Positions 48,286 to 62,934 are shown, counted from the stretch's first letter. The stretch: DNA of 64,000 nt from Octopus bimaculoides (GCF_001194135.2 NC_068983.1:9436787-9500786), one strand, 5' to 3'. The notes: generated from the sequence alone by a model not told the origin. Program-made: numbers and translations.

Positions 48286-50289
48286 AGCAGGTTATATATA
48301 ATCTGTATACATAGATTACATATATATAGCCTAATATTTTTGGCATTGCATCTAACCTCTTTACTGAACGAATAATTTTAATTTATTACTTGAGATCCTG
48401 ACGCAGTTCATACTGCTAAAATCCAGCTATCAATGTTTTTATTACAGGAACCATGTTCTTTCTAGAACGGGCAATATTATACAGCTTCAAGTGATAACCC
48501 TTTCAGCATTGAGAGATATTCTGCAATAAAGGAAGATATGAATGATACTAGATGGAAGCTAATAAATTCACTTATAGCGAGTTGGGAGTCATCGTAAAAC
48601 CAGCGAGGAAGCCAGTACGAAGTCACTCGCTCTTATTTTATTTTTATAAGTTAGTCAGAAAAGAGAGATCATTGACTGTTACCCTTTTCAAGGTATGAAG
48701 GGAGAAATTTATCTCCCGAGAAAGAACTTGAAGCGAATGCATGGTGCACAGTGTGACCCGAGGATCAAATAATGGTAATTAATTGGGTGTCAGGTGAAGT
48801 CAGTTTCTCAATAAATGAAATTTTCCATCCGAAGAGCTTCAAAACAGGATTCGCCTACCAAAGTTTCAATAGCAAGGTTTCGGTTGATTCCGAAGCTTTG
48901 TTCAAGACCTCACCCCCGCACATGTGGTTTCGAAACCACATAGTTGCGAAAGAGATTAACTGAATATCTTTTAGATTACCCATAATCGTCTTAAGAGACA
49001 TGGAATACATGGAATAATGTTTGTCTTAGATGGGTTATCTCTAAAAGCAAAAGAGAAAGACATGAAGACCGAAGCCGGTATATCTTTGAACATCAGATAT
49101 ATTACTATGATCTAATGATAAATAGTAACAGCAACAACAATAACTTGCGAGAAATAACAGCAAAATCTTTAGGACACGCTCTATTGCCTTAAACAGGATG
49201 ATTTAGATAATGTAGTTTAAGATAAATTATGGTCGAGTAAAAGAAAACAGAATTACGAGAATTGTATGTATGCCGATGAATGTAGTTTTGTTTCATAAAG
49301 TACGCGGTGAATTTGCACATCTTCTCACTTAACTTTAAAGAACTACCAGGATAACGGATAAGAGTTTCTTTCATTTAAACCAAATTAGAAAAAGACTGAG
49401 AAAAATTGGTATTCATTTATTTAAAGTTTACATTTTAGTGTGAGGAAAAAATATTAATAACTAAGAATTGATCTCCAACGCGGGAAACAACGTTAGACAA
49501 ATATAAAAATTGTATCTCGGCAATCACAGGGCACACTTCAATGCATATTTCGGTTAAATTTCGATGCCATCAGCTAAGCGTTGTAAACGATGCAATGGCC
49601 TATAAGTAATACTACGATATTGTATATAAGAGTTGGTTAAGAAAAATGGAATAGGTTCAAAAATAAATCATTCAGCGCTATTTCCCTCCAAATTCTATAG
49701 TTTTGAATCATCTCCGAGAATAGAAGCTAAATGACAATTTCACGACGTCCATCGCTATGATAACTTTCTCTCTCATGGTCAATGCAACAATCACACGCTA
49801 CACACCTTCCTTCCAAGCACTACTGTAAACAGAGGAAGTGAGCTAGAACGTTAAAACTTAGTGCGCATGCACAACGGAGTTTAAGGTCAATCTTTATCAA
49901 GCGGCTTCTTACTGCGTGCTTTAGCTTCGTTACTATGGCAACGGTCCGGATACATATTGATCAGACTAGTATGTTTATCTCCATATAATTTAACCAAATG
50001 TGAACAACATGTATACATCATATATCTATATACATATGCACATACGTGTGTGTGTATGTGTGCCTGGGCATGTTTGTGCATGCATTTATGTATGTTTGAT
50101 TGTGTGTGTACGTATATACGTAAAATTTACATATAGAACTGACGTGATTTGAAATCTCATCCGACATTTCTTCATTCAGGATTATGAGGACATTAGTAAA
50201 ACGCTGTCAATCAACAATGTTCAACCAACGGATACATTACATTACTATCGGAAGTTTACTGGTATGCGTTTACACTCACACGCATAAAT

Positions 50290-50335
<46 letters not shown>

Positions 50336-51214
50336 GAGAATATACAAATAATAACAACAGACGAGGACAGGTGGTGTAAATAACAAAAGTATATATTAGT
50401 ATGACGCTCGGGAATACAGAAAGTATTTGNNNNNNNNNNNNNNNNNNNNNNNNNNNNNNNNNNNNNNNNNNNNNNNNNNNNNNNNNNNNNNNNNNNNNNN
50501 NNNNNNNNNNNNNNNNNNNNNNNNNNNNNNNNNNNNNNNNNNNNNNNNNNNNNNNNNNNNNNNNNNNNNNNNNNNNNNNNNNNNNNNNNNNNNNNNNNNN
50601 NNNNNNNNNNNNNNNNNNNNNNNNNNNNNNNNNNNNNNNNNNNNNNNNNNNNNNNNNNNNNNNNNNNNNNNNNNNNNNNNNNNNNNNNNNNNNNNNNNNN
50701 NNNNNNNNNNNNNNNNNNNNNNNNNNNNNNNNNNNNNNNNNNNNNNNNNNNNNNNNNNNNNNNNNNNNNNNNNNNNNNNNNNNNNNNNNNNNNNNNNNNN
50801 NNNNNNNNNNNNNNNNNNNNNNNNNNNNNNNNNNNNNNNNNNNNNNNNNNNNNNNNNNNNNNNNNNNNNNNNNNNNNNNNNNNNNNNNNNNNNNNNNNNN
50901 NNNNNNNNNNNNNNNNNNNNNNNNNNNNNNNNNNNNNNNNNNNNNNNNNNNNNNNNNNNNNNNNNNNNNNNNNNNNNNNNNNNNNNNNNNNNNNNNNNNN
51001 NNNNNNNNNNNNNNNNNNNNNNNNNNNNNNNNNNNNNNNNNNNNNNNNNNNNNNNNNNNNNNNNNNNNNNNNNNNNNNNNNNNNNNNNNNNNNNNNNNNN
51101 NNNNNNNNNNNNNNNNNNNNNNNNNNNNNNNNNNNNNNNNNNNNNNNNNNNNNNNNNNNNNNNNNNNNNNNNNNNNNNNNNNNNNNNNNNNNNNNNNNNN
51201 NNNNNNNNNNNNNN

Positions 51215-51540
51215 TGTATGATGTATGTATGCATGTATGCATGCATGCATGCATATATGTATGTATGTATATATGTATGCATGTTTGTATGTATGTATGT
51301 ATGTGTGTATGTATGTATGTATGTATGTATGTATGTGTGTGTGTATGTGTGTGTATGTATGTATGTATGTATGTATGTTTGTATGTATGTATGTTTGTAT
51401 GTATGTAGGTATGATATATGTATGTATGTATGCATGTTTGTATGTATGTTTGTATGTATGTATGTATGTATGTATGTGTGTGTATGTGTGTGTATGTATG
51501 TATGTATGTATGTATGTATGTATGTATGTATGTATGTATG
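51215..51540. repeat. Compound (TATG)n microsatellite
   Basis: Direct reading. Source of the spurious HTYI/VCMY ORFs. Confidence 0.95.
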
Positions 51541-52208
51541 CACATGCTAATATCAATTCCGGATGCAGCTTCAATGATTTGCTGTAGATAATTGTACGTT
51601 ACGATGATATATATAAAGTAGCTATTTATTAACGACTCTTCTAAAATAATGGATAGATTCTCAACTGACAGGAAAATCAATAAAGCAACACATACCTCCA
51701 TTCTTTTAAAGCCAATTCTTCCGAAGCAGTTTTGGAGTATCTTCAAAACCAAACGGAAGAACGTAAGCATTCACGATGTTGTAAGTATATTCTTACACAC
51801 CTACACATTTACGCACACAAGCACGTTTGCACAGACACTCAGATATATGCGCGTATAAGCATTTATATGGATATATACACAATAATACATACATATGCTT
51901 ATACATATATATATCTATGTATGCATGTATATATATATATATATNNNNNNNNNNNNNNNNNNNNNNNNNNNNNNNNNNNNNNNNNNNNNNNNNNNNNNNN
52001 NNNNNNNNNNNNNNNNNNNNNNNNNNNNNNNNNNNNNNNNNNNNNNNNNNNNNNNNNNNNNNNNNNNNNNNNNNNNNNNNNNNATACATAAACATACATA
52101 CATACATATATACTCTATGATATATATGTACATAGAGAATAAGAAAGAATGATAAAGCTAAGATTTGTGCTCATATACGTACATGTTTCATATTTGAATT
52201 AAATTTAT

Positions 52209-52255
<47 letters not shown>

Positions 52256-52819
52256 ATGTATGTATATATACAGATTTGCACATATATGAAAACATTATAA
52301 GTTTCAAATAAAAGCATTAATGTGGAACATGCCCACTAATAATATCGCCTTGAGGACCATGTTGTTAGCGATTGCATTACAGACCAACTGTCTGACTCTT
52401 AGCAAAAAATTTACTATTAACTGCATGAATATTTATGTGACGTTTCTAGTGCATATATGCATGCATATATGTATCTCTCTGTCTGTCTGTGTGTCTGTGT
52501 CTTTCTGTGTGTGTGCGTATGTGTCTGTAAACCTATGTTGAAGATACACAAGCATGTGAAATCTATTGTACATATTGGAAAATTATAAACGACCTTAATC
52601 GATTTTCGAGCCTTAACCGGATCTCATGAGAGTTGTCGACATCTTTTTATTCATATACATCTACAATCACGTCTAAGAATTCTCATGAGATAGTGTAGAT
52701 CTTATATTTTTTTTAAATCAATCGATGACAGGTCGGGGTTTCATGTACTTATGCTAGTAAACTTTCACATACAACAGTTTATGCAATATTTCGCCAATGT
52801 TCGAATTATTTTCTGCATT

Positions 52820-53285
52820 ACACTGGGGCTCCGTTTCCCGGAGAGATGACGTGAGAGATTTGCAGTGATGTATGTATGGAATATCCTGGAAAATCTAGCA
52901 CTCAACTTTTAACTGAGCGCTACACCGTCCACCAAACTGGACGGCACTGTGTGGTATCAAAGTTGTCCTTCATGAAAAATAAGGATTTAATAGTAGAACA
53001 GTTTCGCTTTCTGAAGCCCACAGCTTTTTAACATTCGGCCAAAACATCTGAGAGATCTGCGACGTATAGATGTGGAGGTTTTCAATGAAAGCTTGGGCAA
53101 GTTTTTATCTCAGATACCGGATAAGCCTACATCGCTGCACGGGACACAAAGAAGAGCAGATCCGTCCAGCTAAATACATCACCGGAACCAATGCCGGAAA
53201 CAATACCAATTACATTAAAGATGGTGTCCAAGCATGGGCTTAGTCTCTGGCTGAAACCAATGGTAGGGTAAAAGAAAAATATATC
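52820..53285 (+). mobile_element. Degraded 3' end of a CR1/L2-group LINE
   Basis: Reads LGLRFPER*RERFAVMYVWNILENLALNF...TGRHCVV...FNIRPKHLRDLRRIDVEVFNESLGKFLSQIPDKPT, which fits LGLYSLERRRER...F..KLDKFL..IPD.P. The 3'UTR is ggtgtccaagcatggg..gtc..tggctgaaac..gtaaaaga. Confidence 0.75.
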
Positions 53286-53661
53286 AGCTACGACAGTTGC
53301 CATTTCTCAGATAGTGTAGGAAACGAAAAATATATCTAGTTGGACTGTTATAAGGGAAAGTCCTTCCGCACTTGCTGTCATCAATGTGCAACTAACACAC
53401 GGCTTATATTAGATCTCATGTTTTTCAACTTAAATCGATATGCCTTGAAATTTTCAGGCATGGGGAAGCTATCTTTAATTTGAGCAAAGTAACAGAACAC
53501 TAAAGAATACAAAAATATTTCAAAAACAGTAAATAAGGTGTCCAGATGTGGACAATGTGTCGAAAAGAATGAATGCATTATTTCTTGAAGACAGTGGGGT
53601 TCGCTTATCTGGGAATTAATATTTCTATTTTCATAATAATTTGCTGATATATTTTATGCTA

Positions 53662-53889
53662 TTGGGTTGTCCGGAAAGTTCGTGCCGATTTTTAAAGGAA
53701 AGGAAAAGGTCAATAAATATTTGCCATTACATTTTTAATCAACCAAATATGAACCATTTTGTTGCACAATGCATCTCCATCTTTCTTTTAACTTGAAAAT
53801 ACCCTCTTCCCAGAATTGAGGTGGTTTCTAGGCAAATAAGTCGAAAGGTAAGCTACTATAAATCGCCACGAACTTTCCGGACAACCCAA
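53662..53889 (-). mobile_element. Internally deleted mariner with perfect TIRs and TA TSD
   Basis: TA|TTGGGTTGTCCGGAAAGTTCGTG ... CACGAACTTTCCGGACAACCCAA|TA. The minus strand encodes LFA*KPPQFWEEGIFKLKERWRCIVQQNGSYLVD*, a mariner C-terminus. Confidence 0.9.
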
Positions 53890-55295
53890 TACTTTTGTTA
53901 TTTTGCTGAAATAAAGGATTGCAAGTTCATTTAATTTCTTTCGTGTATTTTCATTTCATTGGTTTAGGCGCGTTCACAAGTGAATTTCTTATGCAAGGAA
54001 TATCATGATACATGTCTATTTCGCTCTTGATTCTCTTAACAGAGAACATTACATACAATGTCCATATAAAGGTTGAATTTTGTGTGTACATTTATAGTTG
54101 AATCGTAGATGTAGCCACGATGATCCGGTGATATGATGAATTGGTTTACTTTATTTACCACTGTATAGTATATTGCTGAGCATATATTTTGATGTAAACA
54201 TTTACGTATAATTTTGCATAAGGAAATAATAATACTACATGACGAAGGTTACGAAACAACCTAATAATACGAAAATCATGTGGAAAAAACATAAGTTTAT
54301 ATTTAAAACTGCACCTCCAGAGGTGGAGTTTTAAATAAAATTATTGGGAAAAAGATTATTGTTTGGATTTCCTGAATTTTCATTTACGTGTTCATATTTT
54401 TAATTCTTCTGTTTTTGCTCACAAGAACTCATCCACTTCTCCAAAATTCAATTGAGAATCGTTAGTAAGGACATTCTCAAAGCTTCCAGCCTCGATGTTA
54501 GGAGTACTATGACAATGGAACAACGCAATTCAGTATAGTCATTATTAACTGATTTCATGGCATTGGGAAGAAACTATGCTGCATATTCACTTAATTTGAG
54601 ATTGTGAACATTTATACATTCATTTATATGCCATTTCTCCTGAAATTCTTAAATATCGTGAGAGAATTAACTGCAATTATTGATTTAAATACTAAAATAA
54701 TAATAAACATGTCAGTTTTACCACGGCGATTCCTGCTTGAGCAATAAGGGTAGCAACATTTCGTCTAATATTTGAATGGGTAATTGTGATAGGTGAGGTA
54801 GTTAACCCAGAGGGATTGTTTTATATGCGATATGCTCAGAAATTGTACTCCACCATAGCTACAGACACTAAATATGGCGTCTATACAAAATTAATGTCTT
54901 ACAATGGGCAGATTTAGAACGTATTTAATAGAAATGTGTATGGTAATAAATTTGAACATAAATATCCACCAATTTAATTTCTTAGACATAGCATTGAATT
55001 GAAACATCAGCAAAGACCGCTCTTACAGGAAGCCAAATAAGCGTGCTATATTCGTACAAGAATATACAGTTAATTCATTCCTTCAGCTTTCTTACAAACT
55101 TTGTACCTGTAAGAAGTTGAATAGAACTTAAATATGGATTGTGTGTAAATAGGACGCAAATACGTATGTTTTTACACTGGGACACGATTATGAATATATT
55201 CGACTTCAGCGAAGAGTATAGCGTACACACATACACACAAACGCACATGCAAAAACGCGTGCACACACATACACACACACACACACATAAACACA

Positions 55296-55339
<44 letters not shown>

Positions 55340-56193
55340 CATTGAAGACTCGAGTGAAGGAAAGTAACATAGTTTAATCCACCTTTCACATTGGATATTG
55401 CGAAGAATATGTCCAAGCAGTTGATTGAATACGGCATCATTTGTCAATAATAACATGAATACAAGATGCACTTCAGCAGCCATAACTTTGAAATTACTTA
55501 TTTCTGCTTGACAACTGCCCTATCCAGACTACTACTAAACTACAAAAGTTTACACTCATCATAGATACGAAACCCTACCACTTTCCCAAGGAGCGAAACT
55601 TGTTATTTGGAAGCAGTGATATATCGCGTATAAATAAGACACAAAGACGCTGACGAAAGAAATTGCGCAGAAAAGGCTTATTGCAAGCATTTGAACTAAT
55701 TTTCATCATTGGACATAAGAACTCTCTTTTCTTAATTCATCTGGAAAATCCAAGACAAAAATCGTAAAGCCGTCTATTAATATGGATCGTCCATAGAAAA
55801 ACCATTTTTGATAACTTAATGGATTACTATAATCGCAGGATTTGTTTAACTAAAACAAATTCACGTTATTATTATTATTATTATTATAATCGATAATAAT
55901 CGTGTTCGTTAAATAAGATCGTGCCACAGTTGAAGATCGTTTATCTCACTACTAACACGCCTAGTGAATAGAAAGACTCGATGTTTTGAATTCACCTGCG
56001 ACATTGCTGGAAACACCGTATTTAAATACTGTCCAAACATTCCTTAACTTGTCTAGTTGTTTGGCGTTCCATAATACAGATTATTAGTCTGTGAAAACGG
56101 GAAGGAAACTTTGCTTGTAGGCGATTGCAATACTCTGAAAGTAAAATAGGTATCATTTCAATAATCGAATATACGATATATAATGATGTTAGT

Positions 56194-56225
<32 letters not shown>

Positions 56226-56669
56226 NNNNNNNNNNNNNNNNNNNNNNNNNNNNNNNNNNNNNNNNNNNNNNNNNNNNNNNNNNNNNNNNNNNNNNNNNNN
56301 NNNNNNNNNNNNNNNNNNNNNNNNNNNNNNNNNNNNNNNNNNNNNNNNNNNNNNNNNNNNNNNNNNNNNNNNNNNNNNNNNNNNNNNNNNNNNNNNNNNN
56401 NNNNNNNNNNNNNNNNNNNNNNNNNNNNNNNNNNNNNNNNNNNNNNNNNNNNNNNNNNNNNNNNNNNNNNNNNNNNNNNNNNNNNNNNNNNNNNNNNNNN
56501 NNNNNNNNNNNNNNNNNNNNNNNNNNNNNNNNNNNNNNNNNNNNNNNNNNNNNNNNNNNNNNNNNNNNNNNNNNNNNNNNNNNNNNNNNNNNNNNNNNNN
56601 NNNNNNNNNNNNNNNNNNNNNNNNNNNNNNNNNNNNNNNNNNNNNNNNNNNNNNNNNNNNNNNNNNNNN

Positions 56670-56716
<47 letters not shown>

Positions 56717-56789
56717 TGAGGTGTGTGAATTAGTGAATGTATGGCTGTGTGGAAAGAAGCTTACTGCTCAGACACACTATAACTCCGTG

Positions 56790-57320
56790 CCGACCTAAGC
56801 ACTGAACGCAAGTTCAGCCATACTTTACCTCAGAAGGGTTGGTACGTATCATGTTACTCCAATAACAATCGGTATGAAGCTCAAAACCTATTTTAAATCA
56901 GACTTTGCAACACCTTATCCAGGTTCCATAGCTGTTCTCCGTTTCCTGTATTTTTCTGACCAAATCGGTGTCCAGAGGGCAGCTCATTTCCGCAACTGAG
57001 CATATTTTTTCTCATGGTTCCACGCAGCAATATTGAGTTGGTTGTGTTTTCACCTGGTGGCTCTATTAATTTTTAAGTTCCGCCAATATTCTTTTTGCTT
57101 ATTGGTGTTTCCCTTTATTTTTCTGTTCCAGAATGTTCTTACCAAGGCATCACACCACATGTGAAGATAATATCTGCAAGACATTCTCTCGCAGATGACA
57201 ATAACATAGCTGACGTCTTCAATATTGGTTTTGTAAAGCTTACATATGTTGTATGTCCATGATTTCTGCCCTTTTATTCTGCTGGTAGTTTGTAGGACTA
57301 TCTTGAACTTAAGTTGCATT
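56790..57320 (-). mobile_element. Degraded R4-related RLE LINE fragment (same lineage as 17035-18259)
   Basis: CKLYKTNIEDVSYVIVICERMSCRYYLHMWCD...KEYWRNLKI..*KHNQLNIAAWNHEKKICSVAEMSCPLDTD...IPIVIGVT*YVP. Confidence 0.7.
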
Positions 57321-59016
57321 GAGGTAGCCTTCGAAGTAAGGGAATATCATAAACTTACTTGTACTCGATGACAAGCATTTAATATGATCAACCTCTTCTA
57401 TCGTTTGATCTTTCGAGCCAAGTACACACGTACTATCTTCTCAGTAATCACACGCTCACACGAACACACAAACACACACGCGCACACAGACACTCACACA
57501 CACACACACATATGTAATTGAATAGTATTGTTTCAAGAGAAATTATTTAGAATATTCATAAACTATTGTTAATTATACTGAACGTTTAATATTTGATACA
57601 AAGAGAGGCTTGCTAATTAAATACAAATTTTCATAATAACGTAAACTTGCATTGTTTAATTAAAGTTGTATATTATGAGTATGCATAATTTGAAAAGTGT
57701 TAGCGCCTAATAACCAGAGATATAGACTTACAAATGCATTTTAATGTGGAGCGAAGGAAGCGGTTACTGTAATGAGTTAGGTGTAATAATATCTTTATTG
57801 CTATTGAATTTTCTGGATGAAGGCATAAATTTATGTTGACAGAGGTACTTGCGAGAATTTATATAGAGACGCTAAGAGGAGTCAGCATTAGTAATGTAAT
57901 ATAATGTTTGAAAGTATAAAACTGTACGTAATGTGCATCTGTAATGTTCAAATTATACTTTAAAGAGTAGTTTTCTAAATGTGATATAAAAACACGGAAA
58001 GGGTATGTGTCTGTAAATGTTGAATTTGTACACATATAATACTATAAGCTAATTATCCTGTTTTCTGAGGAGTATTAGCAGATACGATCTAATTCAATAA
58101 TGGTATTCTGAGGATAGTCTTAACTTTTATGAGCATATGATTAGTGATTGGTTTGTGTAATGGAGTTAAGATTTAATTAAAGATGGATATTAGTGGAGAT
58201 GCTCAGATAAAGGAAAACAATAGTTGCACGTTCCAAGAAAGTAGTAACGCAACGTGGAAGGACTTCTAACCATATGTAGTTTACACAACAGTAGTTACGT
58301 AAATTATTGAGTAATATTAGGCTTGAATTATATTTACAAATTTACCTTAAGTTTTAATATGTTAATTAATAAATACACGCTGTGTAACGGTTTCTTAGGA
58401 ATTATTGAAGTATACTGATATTTGTGCAATGATGCAGGTTATGAACTTTATGGTCTGTAGCATAAAAATAACTATTCGAATTTATAATTATTAACCAGCT
58501 TAGCATAACCGTCACATACATGAGAAATTAAGAAGAAATTTATGGAAGACATCAAGTATACAAGTTCGATTCACTGAGTAAAGTGAAATTAAAATGTCCA
58601 TAAGAAAAAGGGTAATTAGATGGCTTATTTTAGGCCGTACAAGTTAAGGTATTGTATAAGATATTTGACAGTCAGGACAGGTGAAAATGTATTAGATATA
58701 CAAATATTTTAAATATTTCATGTGAAAAAGACGAAATACATTCTGAGTTACAATCATGATTTATATTCTAGCAAGGAGTTACATGCCCTTTTCTTATGCA
58801 CACTTTGCAAGATATTTTGTTTGTCACTTTCACAATTAGCGGGTAAGTGTATCTTCTATTTGAGATTTTAATTTATATTTTTCACCTCTGGATTCCCTAT
58901 GAATTTCACAGCTGAACTGAAGTGTTTTTATTCTCATTACAGAAATTTGTTTGAATATTCCGTGAAATCTGTAACCCGACATGGGCGCAGTTCAATAGGT
59001 TAAACCAGTAAAAGAG

Positions 59017-59401
59017 CATGTAACTCATACATACATACATACATACATACATACATACATACATACATACATACATGCATACACATTTATTCATACATGG
59101 GTACATATATGCATGCGCGAAGGCATCCATCTANNNNNNNNNNNNNNNNNNNNNNNNNNNNNNNNNNNNNNNNNNNNNNNNNNNNNNNNNNNNNNNNNNN
59201 NNNNNNNNNNNNNNNNNNNNNNNNNNNNNNNNNNNNNNNNNNNNNNNNNNNNNNNNNNNNNNNNNNNNNNNNNNNNNNNNNNNNNNNNNNNNNNNNNNNN
59301 NNNNNNNNNNNNNNNNNNNNNNNNNNNNNNNNNNNNNNNNNNNNNNNNNNNNNNNNNNNNNNNNNNNNNNNNNNNNATACATACATGCATACATACATAC
59401 A

Positions 59402-59435
<34 letters not shown>

Positions 59436-59570
59436 CATACGTACACACATTCAATTACACCTACATACATACATACGTACGTACATACAATTACACCTAC
59501 ATACATACATACATACATACATACATGCATACATACATACATACATACATACATACATTCATAATTACAT
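59017..59570. repeat. Compound (CATA)n microsatellite spanning an N-gap
   Basis: Direct reading. Confidence 0.9.
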
Positions 59571-59588
59571 ATATACATCGTTCGTTCA

Positions 59589-59930
59589 TTGGCGCTCCGT
59601 CGGTTACGACGACGAGAGTTCCATTTGATCCGATAAACGGAACAGCCTGCTCGTGAAATTAACGTGCAAGTGGCTGAGCGCTCCCCAGGCAAACGTACCC
59701 TTAACGTAGTCCTCGGGGTAGATTCAGCATGACACAGAGTGTGACAAGGCTGGCCATTTGAATTACAGGTACAACAGAAACAGGAAGAAAGAGTGAGAGA
59801 AAGTTGTGGTAAAATAGTACAGCAGGAGATTTTGGAGTTTTCGCTCAATAAACACTCACAATGCCCAGTCTGAGAATCGAAACCGCGATCCTACGACCGC
59901 GAGTCCGCTGCTCTAACCATTGCGCCTCCA
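59589..59930 (-). mobile_element. SINE-B with a small internal deletion, within (CATA)n
   Basis: Reverse complement aligns with 28479-28860. Confidence 0.85.
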
Positions 59931-60346
59931 CATACATACATACATACATACATACATACATACATACATACATACATACATAGAACTTAGTCTTATTTCT
60001 AATACTGAAAAGGAATACTTCTCTTGTTCATATATATCTTTCTTGAATTCTATAGTTCCTATGAATCCCGAATCCCTAGCATATCAAGAAACCTTTTCCC
60101 AGTCAAAATGCACTCTGATTTCAAGAAGGTAACATAATCGATAGTATTCATCGCAGCATATTACAGCTACTTTATTTCATCCGAGCGATTCGAGCCGGCG
60201 TCAAGTTCCGGTGTAATTTACAGTGATAAAAACGAGTTACTAAGCAATATCAATATGTTATATAGTTTATTCTCTCTCTCCATCAAATTCGTCATTTCTA
60301 TATCCTCTGGGGTTTAATGATGTTCTGTGAATTTCAGATATTATTC

Positions 60347-60386
<40 letters not shown>

Positions 60387-61362
60387 CAACAACACCAATG
60401 AAATAACGTTATTGATTTCTCCGGAACATTCAAACTATCATAAGCATAAACCACCAACAGCAATGTCTATGTGAAACGATCAGCAATAACTTAGCCTTAG
60501 GGGAATTCATCTTATATTTATTCGTAGTTTCTTAATATTTTCCTGACGATCTTCCTATAACATTAATCCTCCCACAGGGAATCAGAACACTACTTTAAAA
60601 CCATATCGTCGTTCATCTTGCAAATATAACATATTAGAAATATAATATATAACATATTAGATATGACTTGACCATAATTAAATTTGCAATTTGAGTTCAG
60701 AATCATCTTAGACAAAGCTGTAGGATATAATATTAGAGTAAGTTATTTTTTTATGTAATGGTTTATTTTCGGATTACTTTTACTGGGAGGCAAATGGGAT
60801 GTGTGCAATATTGGTGCGTAAATAATAATATTTTGTATGATATTTTATAAAATATTATCAACTGTTAATTTTATCAAGTAGCAACTTCTATGTTGAAAGT
60901 ACGACAGATTGATACAATATTTTGTAGATAATTGGTTGAACAGGTATTTAAGTTGTTATTTTTCAACGTCTTCCATACTTTCTTCAGCGGCATGGATCAC
61001 CGTAGAACTATTTCGGGGATTAGATGACTTCATAGTTAGTAAATTAAGGTGAATTGGCAGAATCGCTCGCAGTATTTGTTCCGACTCTCTGTGCTCCGAG
61101 TTCAAATTCCGATGAAATCGATTTTCCCTTCTTTTCGGGGACGATGAAATAATATCATTCCAGTATGCTGAAATAATGGAATTATTAGAGGATTTTCAAT
61201 ATGACTAATGGTATTTGTTCCGGCTCTCTGTACTTTGAGTTCAAATCTCGCTGAGCTCAACTTTATCTTCATTCCGGAGAAAATATAAGTCGTGCTGCTG
61301 CAGAGTGGATAATAGATTTGAATATCAAACACGGACAAAATGCTTCGCAATATTTGTTTAGT

Positions 61363-61745
61363 GTGGAGGCGCAATGTCCCAGTGGTTGGGGCAGCGATCT
61401 CGCGGTCATAGGATCGCGGTTTCGATTCCCAGACCGAGCGTTGTGAGTATTTATTGAGCGAAAACACCTAAAGCTCCACGAGGCTTCGGCAGGGGATTGT
61501 GGCGAACCCTGCTGTTCTCTTTCACCACAACTTTCTCTCTCTCTTACTCCCTGATTCTGTTGTGCCTGTAATTCAAAGGGCCAGCCTTGTCACACTGTGT
61601 CACGCTGAATCTTCCCGAGAACTACGTTAAGGGTACACGTGTCTGTGAAGTGCTCAGCCACTTGCACGTTAATTTCACGAGCAGGCTGTTCCGTTGATCG
61701 GATCAACTGGAACCCTCGACGTCGTAAGCGACGGAGTGCCGACAA
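61363..61745 (+). mobile_element. Full-length SINE-B
   Basis: Colinear with 28479-28860. Confidence 0.9.
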
Positions 61746-62189
61746 CAACATTTGTTTAGTTGTGAGCTCTTTGCGTCCTGAGAGCAACACTTGTGAAGAC
61801 GCTATTGTTCAGCTGTATCGACATCTAAGAAGTTCGCCTTCCTCTTGAAGAACATCGACATGGTGACGGGAGGACCTTCTATACATGGACTGCCTTACAT
61901 CCATAGGCTGACATCATCGCAGCGGCCTTGATCTAACCTGCACACATAATGGAGTAGGAATTATTGAATCAATGACCGAACTTAATCGGGTTATCGATCG
62001 CAGAATGAGAAATAAAAATGAGTAACACATTGGACTAAAGTGAAGCATTTTCATTATTATACTCGATGACATAAATTATTCCTACAATAGCCTTGCATAT
62101 CAGCGTTGTTGAAATAAAGTCTTGCCTAGGCCTGCAAATACATATGCAGATGTGTCGTCAGATAGTGGAATCCAAATATTCATATACTT

Positions 62190-62520
62190 CTTTTAGTCCT
62201 TGAACTGTGGCTAAGCTGGGGCACCAACTTCAATGGCTTTAGTCGATGAAATCGATCATAATGCTTATTCTTCAATGTCTAGCACTTATTCGATGCTCCC
62301 TTTCTGCTGAATGACTAAGATATAGGCACGTCAAGAAACGAACACAAGTTTGTCAACGGCGAGACACTGACACTAACAAAAAGCTGAATACACACATACA
62401 CACACTCATATTTATGTCTATGTGTATACATACATACATACACAGGACTTGTACAGCTACATTTACCCACAAGGCTTTGGTTGGTCTGGAGTCATTGTAG
62501 AAAACACTTGCTCAAGTACA
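62190..62520 (-). mobile_element. Highly diverged SINE-A
   Basis: tttagtcgatgaaatcgat, acccacaaggctttggttgg and gtagaaaacacttgctcaag match SINE-A. Confidence 0.55.
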
Positions 62521-62934
62521 GCTCAGTTTTAGGTGGCTTTCCAAGCAGAATCGTTTGAACACTTCGCCGGATTTGTTCCAGCACGTAACATTCTGAGTTC
62601 AAATCAATTCAGAGTCAATAACAGAGGAGTCAAGTACTGAGATCGATATAATCGACTTACTGCGCATCCCTTCAAATTGCTGGCTAAATGATAAAAAAAA
62701 TGAATAATCACGTGGAAGCTGCTGCTGCTGCTTATTGTTGCTTATGAAATAAGACAAAGAGAGTGATTACTATGGGAGAGGGTGAATATTTTCCTGCAAG
62801 GGAGAAAACCGTGTCTAGATTTAAATTTTGTTTTCCCATGCTGTGAGATTTTTTTCCTATGAATGAAAATAGGGAAAGAACATATAATAATTCCGTATTT
62901 CCATGTATTCTTGTTATTGATTATTATTGATGAG

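Noticed and set aside
60056-60128. Possible 73-nt plus-strand exon (tatAG|...AAG|GTAACA)
   Set aside because: Weaker donor. Frame 0 has a stop, so it is incompatible with the phase-0 exon at 43688, and there is no other support.
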